This document shows, piece after piece, positions 1 to 10,097 of a stretch of DNA of 42,238 nt (position 1 is the stretch's first letter; each line of letters begins with the position of its first letter). This stretch comes from Desulfobacterales bacterium (lineage in GTDB: Bacteria > Desulfobacterota > Desulfobacteria > Desulfobacterales > JAOZSB01), in contig JAOZSB010000003.1 in the NCBI GenBank assembly GCA_029939895.1, positions 1 to 42,238 on the forward strand, in the 5' to 3' direction. A program made the translations under genes and the position numbers. The notes below the pieces were generated by a model. The model was not told the origin of the DNA and did not search any database. It worked only from the letters and a program-made list of their open reading frames with translations.

Positions 1-49
1 AATTACAGCACGTTGGGTGCTATTCTAAAAAGTTAAACGGGACACTACT

Positions 50-106
50 GACCTTAAATATAAACTAAGGGGTTGGCTTCGACAAAACATTAAAGTTTAT
101 TGGGAG
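50..106 (+). repeat. 3' part of the ~80-bp SD-terminated repeat element
   Basis: gacctt-aaatataaactaaggggttggcttcgacaaaacattaaagtttattgggag closely matches the copy at 36100-36178; ends in GGGAG 5 nt before ATG 112. Confidence 0.85.
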
Positions 107-111
107 ATTAT

Positions 112-1065
112 ATGCATCTAAAGAAACGTGTACTAATAACAGGCGGCGCAGGGTTTCTTGGTTCGCATCTGTGCGAGAGGCTTCTTGCAGCTGGGAACGA
201 AGTGATTTGTGCGGACAATTTTTATACTGGTTCGAAGGTCAATATCGCGCACCTGATTGACAACCCATACTTTGAGGTCATGCGGCACGACATCACGTTC
301 CCTTTGTATCTGGAGGTTGATGAGATTTACAACCTTGCATGTCCTGCTTCTCCGATTCATTACCAGAACGATCCTGTTCAGACAACCAAGGTTAATGTTC
401 ACGGTGCAATAAATATGCTGGGACTTGCAAAGCGGTTACGGGCAAAGATATTTCAGGCTTCGACCTCAGAGGTCTATGGAGACCCGGAAGTACATCCCCA
501 GGCCGAAGAGTACCGTGGGCGGGTAAATCCAATCGGGCCACGGGCGTGCTATGACGAAGGAAAAAGATGTGCGGAAACGCTGTTTTTTGACTATAATCGT
601 CAGCACAGCCTTGAAATCAAGGTTGCAAGAATTTTTAATACCTATGGGCCACGGATGCACATGAATGACGGCAGGGTTGTTTCAAACTTTATCGTGAGTG
701 CCTTGAAGGGTGAGCCAATAACTATTTATGGTGATGGTTCACAGACCAGATCCTTCTGCTATGTGGACGAGATGGTCGATGGATTTATCCGGTTGATGGA
801 AACGCCTTCGGAGATTACCGGCCCGATCAATCTGGGAAACCCAGGTGAGTTTACAATCCTGGAGCTTGCAGAAACCGTGATTTCCATGACAAATTCCAGT
901 TCAAGTATAATTTTTAAGGATCTGCCCCAGGATGACCCGCAAAAAAGAAAGCCTGATATTACAAAGGCCAGGGAAATTTTAGGCTGGAACCCGGCAATAA
1001 ACCTGGAACAGGGCATAACAAAAACAATCGAATATTTTGACGGAATATTATCCAAAGATAAGTAA
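112..1065 (+). CDS. UDP-glucuronic acid decarboxylase (UXS-like NAD-dependent epimerase/dehydratase, extended SDR)
   Basis: GGAGFLG Rossmann motif, [21 protein letters not shown] (YxxxK), RIFNTYGP; start moved to ATG 112 behind GGGAG. Confidence 0.9.
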   Translation: MHLKKRVLITGGAGFLGSHLCERLLAAGNEVICADNFYTGSKVNIAHLIDNPYFEVMRHDITFPLYLEVDEIYNLACPASPIHYQNDPVQTTKVNVHGAINMLGLAKRLRAKIFQASTSEVYGDPEVHPQAEEYRGRVNPIGPRACYDEGKRCAETLFFDYNRQHSLEIKVARIFNTYGPRMHMNDGRVVSNFIVSALKGEPITIYGDGSQTRSFCYVDEMVDGFIRLMETPSEITGPINLGNPGEFTILELAETVISMTNSSSSIIFKDLPQDDPQKRKPDITKAREILGWNPAINLEQGITKTIEYFDGILSKDK

Positions 1066-1066
1066 G

Positions 1067-1114
1067 TGCCGTTACCTGCCCCCCGGCCGGGGGGCAGCAG
1101 GCAGTATTTTTTTT
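1067..1114 (+). terminator. Rho-independent terminator between convergent genes
   Basis: perfect 22-bp palindrome CTGCCCCCCGGCCGGGGGGCAG (1076-1097) followed by a T8 tract. Confidence 0.8.
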
Positions 1115-1124
1115 GACCCTGTGC

Positions 1125-2075
1125 CTAGGCGTTTTCAGGCAGGTTGGTCATTTTGTCATAATAGGCAACCACATCATCCTGGTTTTCAGAATCCATATGT
1201 GCCATGGCTGTCCTTGGGTGCTGATTTAAAACACCAGTAACCATGTATGGTATAAAGTATCCCCAGTCGATTTTATCACGCCATGGAAAAATCTCCTGTT
1301 CAATAACTTCAATGAGTGGTCTTACGTTGAACTTTGGGTTTTTCAAAAATGAAATCAAAAGTTCGAGGGGGCAATTTCCAGCACCCCTGCCGATACCATA
1401 AAGGCTGCCGTCCAGGTAATTGATGCCCCGGATGATGCCTGCGATGGTATTTGCAAATGCCAGTTGCTGGTTATTGTGGGTGTGAATGCCTATGGTTTTG
1501 CCTGGCATCCGTTCCATGTATTTTGCAGTCAGCAGATCAATATCCTCTGAATAGAAGGCTCCAAAGCTGTCGACCAGGTATATGATGTCAACCCTGCATT
1601 TTGCCAGATCTTCAAGTGCTTCGTTGAGATCTCTCAGGCCTACGGTTGAAACTGCCATGAGGTTGATGGTTACTTCAAAACCCTTATCAAGGCAATGATG
1701 GGCAAGGGCTATGGCACTGTCCACCTGGTGAACATAACAGGCTACACGAACCATATCAATGGAGCTGTCAGATCTTAGAGGTATGTCATCAAAGTCAATC
1801 CTTCCAATATCTGCCATTACAGACAGCTTGACCTTTTTTTCGACACCACCGATGACACGCTCAATATCTGCTTCAGCACAAAAACGCCATGGGCCGTACT
1901 GTTCTCTGGAAAATGCGCTTTCCGAACTAAGATAGCCGATTTCCATATAGTCAACGCCGGCAGCGTTGTTTGCCTCATAAACCTTGCGTACAAATCCATC
2001 CTCGAATTGCCATTTGTTCATTAGTCCGCCATCACGAACCGTGCAATCCACTACCTTAATTTCTGGTCGAAACAT
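1125..2075 (-). CDS. DRE-TIM metallolyase, 4-hydroxy-2-oxovalerate aldolase-like / HMGL-like
   Basis: DCTVRDGG, HTHNNQQLAFAN (HxH metal site), GRGAGNCPLE motifs. Confidence 0.85.
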   Translation of the reverse strand: MFRPEIKVVDCTVRDGGLMNKWQFEDGFVRKVYEANNAAGVDYMEIGYLSSESAFSREQYGPWRFCAEADIERVIGGVEKKVKLSVMADIGRIDFDDIPLRSDSSIDMVRVACYVHQVDSAIALAHHCLDKGFEVTINLMAVSTVGLRDLNEALEDLAKCRVDIIYLVDSFGAFYSEDIDLLTAKYMERMPGKTIGIHTHNNQQLAFANTIAGIIRGINYLDGSLYGIGRGAGNCPLELLISFLKNPKFNVRPLIEVIEQEIFPWRDKIDWGYFIPYMVTGVLNQHPRTAMAHMDSENQDDVVAYYDKMTNLPENA

Positions 2076-2106
2076 GCTTCTTTCCTTTCGTTAACTTAGA
2101 TTTTTT

Positions 2107-2742
2107 TCAAGTTTTGCTTGAGCATTGTCTGCAATGCTCAATAAAATTTTCAACGCTTTGCGCAAGCGCATTAATATCTTTTTTAACCAGAGCGTTCTGC
2201 CCAAAAAGGGCACTGCTTACACCAACAGCTTTAACACCCGCATCGAAAAATTCGCTCAGGTTTGATCGTGACACACCCCCGACTGCGACCAGGGGAATTT
2301 CATCAAAGGGGCCCAGCAGGCTTTTTATATAACCAGGGCCAACGGCATTGCACGGAAAAACTTTTACCATGTCTGCTCCGGCATTCCATGCCTGGTATAC
2401 CTCCGTGGGCGTAAAGGCTCCGGCAATCACCGGAACCCCGTTTTCTCTGGCATGGTTGATTACGGCTGTATCCAGGTTCGGTGTAACCAGAAACATGGCT
2501 CCTGCATTGATGGCCAGTTTTGCCTCTTCAAGGTTTCGAATGGTTCCCATGCCCAGAAACTGTCCGGGCCGTACCTTGGAACGCAGGGAGGAAACCATGT
2601 CCAGGGCCTTGTCCGTATTTATGGTAACCTCGATTGCCTCCAGTCCCTTTTCATAAGAAGCACTGAGGATTTCGCTGAAAAAAACCGAATCCACTCCTCG
2701 AAGTATACCAATAGCCGGAACATTTAATTGCATCTGGCCCAT
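2107..2742 (-). CDS. eda: KDPG/KHG aldolase
   Basis: GILRG, IEVT, GMGT, FLVTP, PTEV, VKVFP (Schiff-base Lys), AVGGV. Confidence 0.85.
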   Translation of the reverse strand: MGQMQLNVPAIGILRGVDSVFFSEILSASYEKGLEAIEVTINTDKALDMVSSLRSKVRPGQFLGMGTIRNLEEAKLAINAGAMFLVTPNLDTAVINHARENGVPVIAGAFTPTEVYQAWNAGADMVKVFPCNAVGPGYIKSLLGPFDEIPLVAVGGVSRSNLSEFFDAGVKAVGVSSALFGQNALVKKDINALAQSVENFIEHCRQCSSKT

Positions 2743-3146
2743 GTTGAAGACCTTTGTTTATTTTATTTTTTTTTATCTCAATCCTGTCTACTGGCCTTTT
2801 AGTTTATAAATAAGTCTATAAATTATCAGGATTGTAAACAAAATTCTTTATAGTAATCTATTGCAGTTTTAAAAAAAGTCCAGATTTAAATTCAAATAAG
2901 GGCAAAAAAACCGCAATAAAAAAGCCCTGATATGGTGAAAAAAAGAAAACAACAAACTGCCATGGACAGACCAGTTTATGAGTTTATTTGCTGCCTACTG
3001 CAAATCCGCCATAAAAGGGTGGCATATAAATTTAATGACCAGAACATTATGGAATTATATTTTGAAGAGGTTTGAAAAATTTGCTCACCAGCACATTGGG
3101 ATAAACATGTAACTGATTTTTTTCGAAATAGCTTCAAAATGAGAAA

Positions 3147-3185
3147 GCATCCGGGTTCATGGAAATTTCTTGAGACCGGGGATGC
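3147..3185 (-). terminator. Hairpin directly after hisA stop, probable terminator
   Basis: imperfect inverted repeat GCATCCGGGTTCA...TGAGACCGGGGATGC, followed on the minus strand by a T-rich stretch. Confidence 0.5.
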
Positions 3186-3913
3186 TATTTTCCCGATGCA
3201 ACCTTTATAGCTTCAACAAGGTCAAGCCCGCCAGTGTAAAGTGCCCTGCCAGCTATCACACCCACCACACCTGAATCTTCGATTTCAAGGAGGTTGGTAA
3301 TATCCTGGATGCCGGCAACACCGCCCGATGCAACTACTGGAGATTTTACAGCTTCAGCAAGTTTTTGTGTCTGCTCAATATTTGGGCCGGTCTGCATTCC
3401 ATCCCTGTGGATGTCTGTAAAGTTGATTGCAGCTAATCCGGCATCATCAAATTTTTGTGCAAGCTCGACTGCCGTGACCTTTGTGGTCTCTGTCCAGCCT
3501 TCCACAGCAACCAGTCCGTCCCTGGCATCTATTCCCACCACAAGGGCCGTGGGGAACTCTTCAGCTCCCTTGAAGATCAGATCCGGGTTTCGGATGGCCT
3601 CTGTGCCAATGATTATACGGCCAGCACCAGCGTCCATGTACATGCGTATTGTATCAAGGTCGCGTATGCCGCCGCCGATCTGTATGGGCACGTTTACTGC
3701 CGCCATGATTTCTTTTATGGTGGCAAGGTTTGTTGGTTTTTTATCTATCGCCCCGTCAAGATCCACAACATGGATTATCTCGGCTCCCATTGATTCCCAT
3801 TTTTTTGCCATGTCAACGGGGGAGTCAGAGAATATTGTTTCTTCATCCATTTTGCCCTGAATCAGGCGCACACACTTGCCGTTCTTAATATCAACTGCTG
3901 GTATTATTATCAT
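3185..3913 (-). CDS. hisA: ProFAR isomerase (histidine biosynthesis)
   Basis: MIIIPAVDIKNGKCVRL, HVVDLDGA, QIGGGIR, TDIHRDG, ASGG; start taken at ATG 3913. Confidence 0.95.
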   Translation of the reverse strand: MIIIPAVDIKNGKCVRLIQGKMDEETIFSDSPVDMAKKWESMGAEIIHVVDLDGAIDKKPTNLATIKEIMAAVNVPIQIGGGIRDLDTIRMYMDAGAGRIIIGTEAIRNPDLIFKGAEEFPTALVVGIDARDGLVAVEGWTETTKVTAVELAQKFDDAGLAAINFTDIHRDGMQTGPNIEQTQKLAEAVKSPVVASGGVAGIQDITNLLEIEDSGVVGVIAGRALYTGGLDLVEAIKVASGK

Positions 3914-4580
3914 TTTCGTAGGGGAAATCCTTAAAGCAGTCTGCAACACCAAGCTCCATAAGCCGTTGTGCAGTTACCCAGGATCCTTTTCTTTTAATAA
4001 ATTTAACAATATTGAGCAGGTTTTCGCTCAATGGCTTTTGTGTTTCCTCGTAGTATGCTTCCCAGATTGTGCGTCCGGTTTTTGTATCAACCAGATACAG
4101 GCTGAAGGATACAGATGCAGGAGTTTTTGCACCAAGCTCGTTTCCAATCCGCTGTGTAGCCTTATACAGGTAGCCTGCCAGCACTGCGTCGGCGTTTACT
4201 GTGCGTCCAGCATTCACGACTATTTCACGCTCAGACTGGCTGTTCTTCTGACCAGTTGTTAAGTCGGTCATGCCTGTTCTTGTCTGGCTGGGCGGCAGTA
4301 TGCCAATGTCTTTAAGATTGGAAAGCTGTGTCTGTACCTGACTTGTCAAAAAAGTCGGGCCGTTTTTAATTATGGGGCCGGTTTTATAAACTCCGCCACT
4401 AAAGGGCATCCTTACTTCCTTGTTTTCACCATAGACTTCAGCCATGTTTTTGACCTGCATCATCAGGATGCTTTTTATTGGTGGGATTTCAGACTTTGGT
4501 TTTACTTTGCCCTTATGTGGAGTGCATCCACTCAGTAACAGGGCGGCTATTGCCAGTATAACGACTATTTTCTTTTTCAT
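3891..4580 (-). CDS. Putative lipoprotein (possibly CsgG/LpoB/GNA1162-like fold)
   Basis: MKKK + hydrophobic stretch + lipobox LSGC; ADAVLAG...VSFSLYLVDTKTGRTIW pattern; 3' end overlaps the hisA start. Confidence 0.7.
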   Translation of the reverse strand: MKKKIVVILAIAALLLSGCTPHKGKVKPKSEIPPIKSILMMQVKNMAEVYGENKEVRMPFSGGVYKTGPIIKNGPTFLTSQVQTQLSNLKDIGILPPSQTRTGMTDLTTGQKNSQSEREIVVNAGRTVNADAVLAGYLYKATQRIGNELGAKTPASVSFSLYLVDTKTGRTIWEAYYEETQKPLSENLLNIVKFIKRKGSWVTAQRLMELGVADCFKDFPYENDNNTSS

Positions 4581-4699
4581 GTTCACCTGATTTCATTTAT
4601 TAAGCCTGGTTTTGAAAAAATTTTATGGTTTAACAGTGTAAAAGGTTTAAAAGTGTATAGTGGTTTAATTCTGTGTTGATGTTTATTGAGGTGCACCCG

Positions 4700-5290
4700 T
4701 TACAGTGCGCCCTTGGACGATCTCACCCCGACAATCCTGTCATCAAAGCTCACCGCCTCGTCAAGTGCCCTGCCAAGTGACTTGAAAACCGATTCAATTA
4801 TATGGTGATAGTTGTCACCATAATCAACATTTATATGCAGGTTTATTCCGCCCTTTACAGAAAAGGCCCTGAAAAATTCCCTGGCAAGATAGGGGCCAAA
4901 GGTATTGTCATCGCCTCCGGGTGCTTCCGGCAGATTGTACACCAGGAAGGGTCGTTTAGACAGATCCAACGCGACTTTACCCAGCGCCTCGTCCATTGGG
5001 GTAATTGCGTAACCGTAACGCTTTATTCCTTTGCGGTCGCCCAGAGCAGCATCAAGAACCTCCCCAAGCACCAGCCCAACGTCTTCAACCGTGTGGTGGA
5101 GATCAACTTCAATGTCGCCCTTTGCCTTTACCGTGAGGTCAAAGAACCCATGAACCGTAAACAGGGTCAGCATGTGATCAAGAAAGGGGATGCCCGTTGT
5201 TACATCTGCCTTGCCTGTACCATCAAGGTCAAGCTCAATCTCAACCTGTGTCTCTTTGGTATTACGCTCTATTTTTGATTTTCTTTCCAT
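4700..5290 (-). CDS. hisB: Imidazoleglycerol-phosphate dehydratase
   Basis: [36 protein letters not shown]. Confidence 0.95.
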   Translation of the reverse strand: MERKSKIERNTKETQVEIELDLDGTGKADVTTGIPFLDHMLTLFTVHGFFDLTVKAKGDIEVDLHHTVEDVGLVLGEVLDAALGDRKGIKRYGYAITPMDEALGKVALDLSKRPFLVYNLPEAPGGDDNTFGPYLAREFFRAFSVKGGINLHINVDYGDNYHHIIESVFKSLGRALDEAVSFDDRIVGVRSSKGAL

Positions 5291-5422
5291 TTTATTATGC
5301 CTGACCTGTTTTATTTTGAATTTAAGAAAAAAAGGTTATTAAATAATGATTCAGGAATTATCTTTTGTATATATCCCGCAACCCAGAGGGAGATCAACGC
5401 TTGAGCAGGCCGACACTAAAGC

Positions 5423-5502
5423 TTTTTTGCTTATTTCATAATCAGACCTTCGGGATAGACTAAGCAATCGGCTTCATTGTTACATTTAAGTTAACTATGA
5501 AG
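5423..5502 (+). repeat. Isolated copy of ~80-bp element with decayed SD end
   Basis: ttttttgcttatttcataatcagaccttcgggatagactaagcaatcggcttc...ttaagttaactatgaag. Confidence 0.85.
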
Positions 5503-5633
5503 AATAAGCAATATTTTCCTTGCCCTTATCACCCGTATAGTTTAAGCCATTTGGCATAAACAATCTGATTTAACTATCAGATTAAATTGAACTGGTCAAT
5601 TACATTTTGTCGCACAAATATAAATACCTGGAG

Positions 5634-5793
5634 TTTTTTTTGCTTGTTTCATAATCAGGCCATCGGTATAAACCAGGCAATTGGCTTTGATGTTAATTTT
5701 AAGTTTATTAGGAGTTTTTTGCTTATTTCATAACCAGACCACCTGGATAAACTAAGCAAAAGGCTTCGATGTTAATATTAAGTTTATTAGGAG
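5634..5793 (+). repeat. Two tandem copies of ~80-bp element upstream of the YcaO gene
   Basis: GGAG at 5630, 5711 and 5790 (periods 81 and 79); last GGAG is 7 nt before GTG 5801. Confidence 0.95.
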
Positions 5794-5800
5794 ATTAACG

Positions 5801-7528
5801 GTGAAGACACGACTGACGCTAAAGGATTCAAAGAAAACCTATAAATACGATCAAGACAAAACCATGAAGCCAGAGGAAACCGTGGAGAAGTTCATGGGAA
5901 GGCTTCAAAACACAGGCCTTGATATTTTGGAAGAAGTAGTTCGCATAGACAACGGAAGGCTTGGAATCCCGGTCTATTTCAGTGTATGCGGCAAAGATGC
6001 CAAAAGGACGATTGGCACAAAAAAGCAGATGGGCAAGGGCGGAACCATTGAGCAGGCCAAGGCCAGTGCGGTTATGGAACTTGCTGAACGGTTCAGCTTT
6101 TTCAGTTTTGTTAAGGATCTTGAAAATTTTCAACAGGGAACCCACAAAGATTTTGCAAAGGATGCAGTCCCCTATGACATGATAATGAAATCTGTTCACG
6201 ATGAAACAGATGAGGCAGCAAAGCTCAAGGAAATATACGAAAACCTGCCCATGCGCTGGACATGGGGTTACAACATCTCAAGGGATGAAAACATGCTCGT
6301 CCCCTTTGACTGGTTTTTTACAATCAACGAATTCAACGGCCCATCATCGGGCAACACCAACGAGGAAGCAATTGTTCAGGGTATCAGCGAAATCGTAGAA
6401 CGCCATGTATGCTCCATCGTAAGCAGGGAAAAGATAAAGGCGCCGCTTATTGAGCTTGATTCTGCTGACCAGCCACTGGTTGTTGAGATGCTCGAAAAAT
6501 ACAAAAGCAACGGCATAGAACTCTATGTTTCAGATTTTACGCTCGATACGGGGATTCCCACTGTTGGGGTGCTTGCCCTTGATCCATCAACCTTCCCGGA
6601 AACAAGCGAGATTGTCTGGACAGCAGGTACTGCGCCTGATCCACAAAAGGCCTTTTCCAGAGCATTGACCGAAACCGCACAGCTTGCCGGGGACTTCAAC
6701 ACCTCGTCAAACTACCTTGCAAGCGGGCTGCCGAAGTTCGATAATATTAAGGATGCTGCATATATAATGGAGCCGGGCAGCAGTGTAAAAATTTCTGACC
6801 TGCCTGATATTTCCGACGACAATATTAAGGTGGAAGCGCAAAATGCCATTGACGCACTCAAGCAAAGAGGGTTTGATGTCATTCTCATAAACACCCGCCA
6901 CAAAGATCTTGATATACCGGCATTTTATACAATCGTGCCAGGAACCCATTTCAGGGAACGTGCCGTGAATACAAGCATGGGAATGTTCCTCTCACGCCTG
7001 GTCATCGCCAACCTGCCAGTTGATGCTGCGCTGGAACAACTGACACAGATGGATGCAATTATTCCAGGCATGTACTACATAAAATTCCAGACAGGACTGT
7101 GCCGCCTCAATATGGGAGAGATTGATGCTGCGCTCAGCGATTTTTCCTCGGCCCTTGAGCTGTCGCCAGGTGTTGAGGACATACCCAGCATATATTCCTA
7201 CATAGGTGTCTGCTACCGTGAAAAGGAAGATTATACAGCAGCCCTTGAGGCCCTGCAAAAGGGGGAGGAGTACGACACCCAGAGAACAGACATCCATAAC
7301 ATGATGGGATTTTGTCATTTCAAGCTGAAAAATCATGAACAGGCAATAACGCACTTTAAAAAGGTGATAGACCTTGATCCATCCTCAGCCATTGATTACG
7401 CAAATATCGGCATCAACTACAGGGATCTTGGCAATAAGGACGAGGCAATCAAATTTTTCACCACTGCCCTTGAAATTGATCCAACCCTTCATTTTGCACA
7501 GGAGAACCTGATCCGGCTTATGAAATAA
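5801..7528 (+). CDS. YcaO-family ATP-dependent amide-activating enzyme with C-terminal TPR repeats
   Basis: MGKG...AKASAVMELAER, NGPSSGNTNEEA..QGISEIVERH, RALTETAQ; C-terminal ~150 aa show about four TPR motifs. Confidence 0.85.
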   Translation: MKTRLTLKDSKKTYKYDQDKTMKPEETVEKFMGRLQNTGLDILEEVVRIDNGRLGIPVYFSVCGKDAKRTIGTKKQMGKGGTIEQAKASAVMELAERFSFFSFVKDLENFQQGTHKDFAKDAVPYDMIMKSVHDETDEAAKLKEIYENLPMRWTWGYNISRDENMLVPFDWFFTINEFNGPSSGNTNEEAIVQGISEIVERHVCSIVSREKIKAPLIELDSADQPLVVEMLEKYKSNGIELYVSDFTLDTGIPTVGVLALDPSTFPETSEIVWTAGTAPDPQKAFSRALTETAQLAGDFNTSSNYLASGLPKFDNIKDAAYIMEPGSSVKISDLPDISDDNIKVEAQNAIDALKQRGFDVILINTRHKDLDIPAFYTIVPGTHFRERAVNTSMGMFLSRLVIANLPVDAALEQLTQMDAIIPGMYYIKFQTGLCRLNMGEIDAALSDFSSALELSPGVEDIPSIYSYIGVCYREKEDYTAALEALQKGEEYDTQRTDIHNMMGFCHFKLKNHEQAITHFKKVIDLDPSSAIDYANIGINYRDLGNKDEAIKFFTTALEIDPTLHFAQENLIRLMK

Positions 7529-7567
7529 ACTGTGCCTGGGTAGGCTGAGTTGTGGAGTATTAATAAA

Positions 7568-7610
7568 AAAAAGTGCCTGAAGGATTTGAATTTTCCTTCA
7601 GGCACTTTTT
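7568..7610. terminator. Bidirectional Rho-independent terminator
   Basis: AAAAAGTGCCTGAAGGA-loop-TCCTTCAGGCACTTTTT between convergent genes. Confidence 0.9.
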
Positions 7611-7632
7611 GTTTTAAGTATGTAAGCCTCGG

Positions 7633-9609
7633 CTATTCTACATAAAGTTTCTGGCCGGGGTAAATTGTGTTGTTGTGTGTCATGGAGTTAATTTCCAGGA
7701 ACTTGTTAAGGGGCATGTTGTGCCTTCTTGCTATTGAAAAGGCAGAGTCCCCGGCCTTAACGCTGTAGGTTCTGGAGCTGCCCTTGCGGATAGTTTTTTT
7801 GCCGCCGGGAATTCTGAGAACCTGACCAATTCTAAGATTGGTGGTCATAAGGCTGTTAAGGGACATTATTCTTCTTGTGGTAGTATTATATTTTTTTGCC
7901 AGTATCCACAGGGAGTCGCCCCTTTTGACCAGGTGCCTTGCAGGTGTTGGCCCGGTATACTTTTTTGGGGCGGGCTTTCTGTAGGTTAAAGATCCCTTTG
8001 CCGGGATTTTCAGAAGCTTTCCAGCCACGATGTAGTTACGCTTGTTGATATTATTGGCATAGGCAATGCTCCTGACAGATGTGCGGTAACGTCTGGCAAT
8101 GGTGGAGAGGGCCTCACCGTTTCGTACCCTGTGATAGATAAACGCTGGTCTTGGTGTTGATGCAACCTTCAGCTTGCTGGCAATCAAGGTGAGTTGATTG
8201 GCCTTGGAGCTTGGCACTTTAAGGGGATAACCTTCGCCTGGGATGATGCTGTACCTGAGCTCCGGGTTCATCAGGGACAGGGCTTTTTTGTCAACATTGA
8301 TTGCCGATGCAACGTCCTTGAGATGCACCTGCTTGTCTATCTTAACTATTGAATAATCTTCAGGAGCGTCCACCTTGATGTCTGCCATGCCGTATTTTTC
8401 AAGGTTATTTATAATATGGAGCGTCGCAAGGAACCTGGGTACATATCTTGCGGTTTCCCTGGGAAGCTTCTGGTAAAGGTCCCAGAAATCGTCGAGGTAT
8501 TTTATGTTCTGGGTTCTGATGATGCGTAAAACCCTGCCTTCACCGCAGTTGTATGACGCAAGTGCAGTTGTCCAGTCGCCGAATATCTTGTGAAGCGCAG
8601 TGAGGTAGCCTATCGCAGCGATTGTAGCCTTGTCCGGGTCCATCCTTGAGTCAATGTACAGATCTCGTTTAAGGCCAAACTTGTACCCTGTGGAGGGTAT
8701 GAACTGCCAGAGTCCAAGTGCCCTTGCCTTTGAAAGAGCTTTTACCTTGTAGCCGCTTTCTATTAAGGGGAGCCATGAAAGTTCCGTGGGAAGTCCAGCC
8801 GCCTTAAGTTCCTTTACAATTTTAGGGCGGTACTTGCCAGAGCGTTTATATGACTGGATGAAAAATCTTCTTTCACCACCTGTGGTGAATAGTTTTATTT
8901 CACGTTTAACATATTTATTTATAACGATTGGAATTGCATTGTGATTTCCGTTTACCACGATGTTTCGTGAAGCATAAATTTCAAGAATCCGCTTTGAGAT
9001 CGTGAACCTGACATCTTCCTTTTGCTGTATGAGTTTGGGGTCGTCCATTGTATCAATGCTCAGAATAAAGGAGTATGCCTGGTCAAGAGCCTCGAGTGCA
9101 TTATCAAGGTCGCCTTTTTGCCAGAAATCCTGGGCTGCCTGGCAGAATTCAAGCGCACCGTCAAGTTTTGCCTGCTCTGATTTAACAGGAAGCAGCGCAT
9201 CGTCGGACTGCTTTGCCGTTGTTGAAGATTTTTCCTTTGGCGCAGCAATCTTATTGCAGGTCGCTGGAAGCGCAGCCTTTGAATTATCTTTGTTTTTGGA
9301 AATTGTTGTTTTTGTTGTACTTTCTGACTTTTCTGTAATATCTGATGATTGTGATGGGGCGTTATGATCATCTGATTGAACGGTTTTTTTGCCAAGAAGT
9401 GATCCAAGCTGTGTCCCGCTGAGCTGTTTATTACATCCTGCACTTGGAAGGATTAAGGCAATAATAAAAAAAAGCGCAGCAATATTAATGAAATAAGATT
9501 TAATAGTGAAAAACTTCTGAGATTTTGCATCAGAGATTTTCTTATATTCATTATTTAAGCTGGATTCATTATTGATGGAGGTCAGGGTCGAATTTAAATG
9601 TGTGCTCAT
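7633..9609 (-). CDS. MltD-like lytic murein transglycosylase with three LysM domains
   Basis: SLT motifs LIESG, ALGLWQF, ALASYNCG, ETARYVP; three LysM repeats (VRNGEAL, VKRGDSL, VKAGDSA); N-terminal membrane segment; start uncertain. Confidence 0.88.
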   Translation of the reverse strand: MSTHLNSTLTSINNESSLNNEYKKISDAKSQKFFTIKSYFINIAALFFIIALILPSAGCNKQLSGTQLGSLLGKKTVQSDDHNAPSQSSDITEKSESTTKTTISKNKDNSKAALPATCNKIAAPKEKSSTTAKQSDDALLPVKSEQAKLDGALEFCQAAQDFWQKGDLDNALEALDQAYSFILSIDTMDDPKLIQQKEDVRFTISKRILEIYASRNIVVNGNHNAIPIVINKYVKREIKLFTTGGERRFFIQSYKRSGKYRPKIVKELKAAGLPTELSWLPLIESGYKVKALSKARALGLWQFIPSTGYKFGLKRDLYIDSRMDPDKATIAAIGYLTALHKIFGDWTTALASYNCGEGRVLRIIRTQNIKYLDDFWDLYQKLPRETARYVPRFLATLHIINNLEKYGMADIKVDAPEDYSIVKIDKQVHLKDVASAINVDKKALSLMNPELRYSIIPGEGYPLKVPSSKANQLTLIASKLKVASTPRPAFIYHRVRNGEALSTIARRYRTSVRSIAYANNINKRNYIVAGKLLKIPAKGSLTYRKPAPKKYTGPTPARHLVKRGDSLWILAKKYNTTTRRIMSLNSLMTTNLRIGQVLRIPGGKKTIRKGSSRTYSVKAGDSAFSIARRHNMPLNKFLEINSMTHNNTIYPGQKLYVE

Positions 9610-10047
9610 TAGCGGGTCCTTTTAAAATTACATAAAAAGCTGTTTAAATTATAAATATAGACGAAACATTCTTCATCAAATTTTCTCTTTTATTTAAAAA
9701 TTATCAATAGGTCAAACAAAAAAATAATAAAATTGTGTCTCAAGTAAAATTTGCATCTATATGTAGTATTATAAACCTAAATTTTATTTATCAGTTAATT
9801 AAATCATTTGTCAAGTAATTATATATAAATTATGATAATTTTATTAAAAAGGGCATCAAGAAAAAGTAGGTAAAAAGTTTAAATTTCGAAAAACCGAGAA
9901 AATGGTTGAAAATAGAAGCTGAAAAGGGTAAAGAGGCTTGTAAGTGGATTTATTTGGAGATAAACAGATATAAATTGAAATTTTCAGGGTTGCCATTGCT
10001 AACCGAAGGGTGTAAGTGTACTGATTCGTTTTGAAGGTAATAGTTTC

Positions 10048-10075
10048 TTTGAAAAAAAAAATGTTTGGGTACAAT
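10048..10075 (+). promoter_or_regulatory. Candidate sigma70 promoter for the tRNA-tuf operon
   Basis: TTGAAA (10049) and TACAAT (10070) with a short 15-16 nt spacer, about 22 nt upstream of tRNA-Thr. Confidence 0.4.
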
Positions 10076-10097
10076 ACACGCCAGAAGTAATTTTTAA

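Noticed and set aside
3078-3140. Possible decayed repeat copy (tttgctca-ccagcacattgggataaac)
   Set aside because: Only a short core matches, the 3' SD tail is absent, and it would be antisense to the flanking genes; too weak to call.
5726-5734. Minus-strand ATG AAA TAA mini-ORF inside the repeat
   Set aside because: It would need antisense transcription through highly expressed operons, and the ATG is lost in several copies.
9856-10074. 72-aa minus-strand ORF upstream of the tRNAs
   Set aside because: AT-rich promoter region, no motif or SD support.
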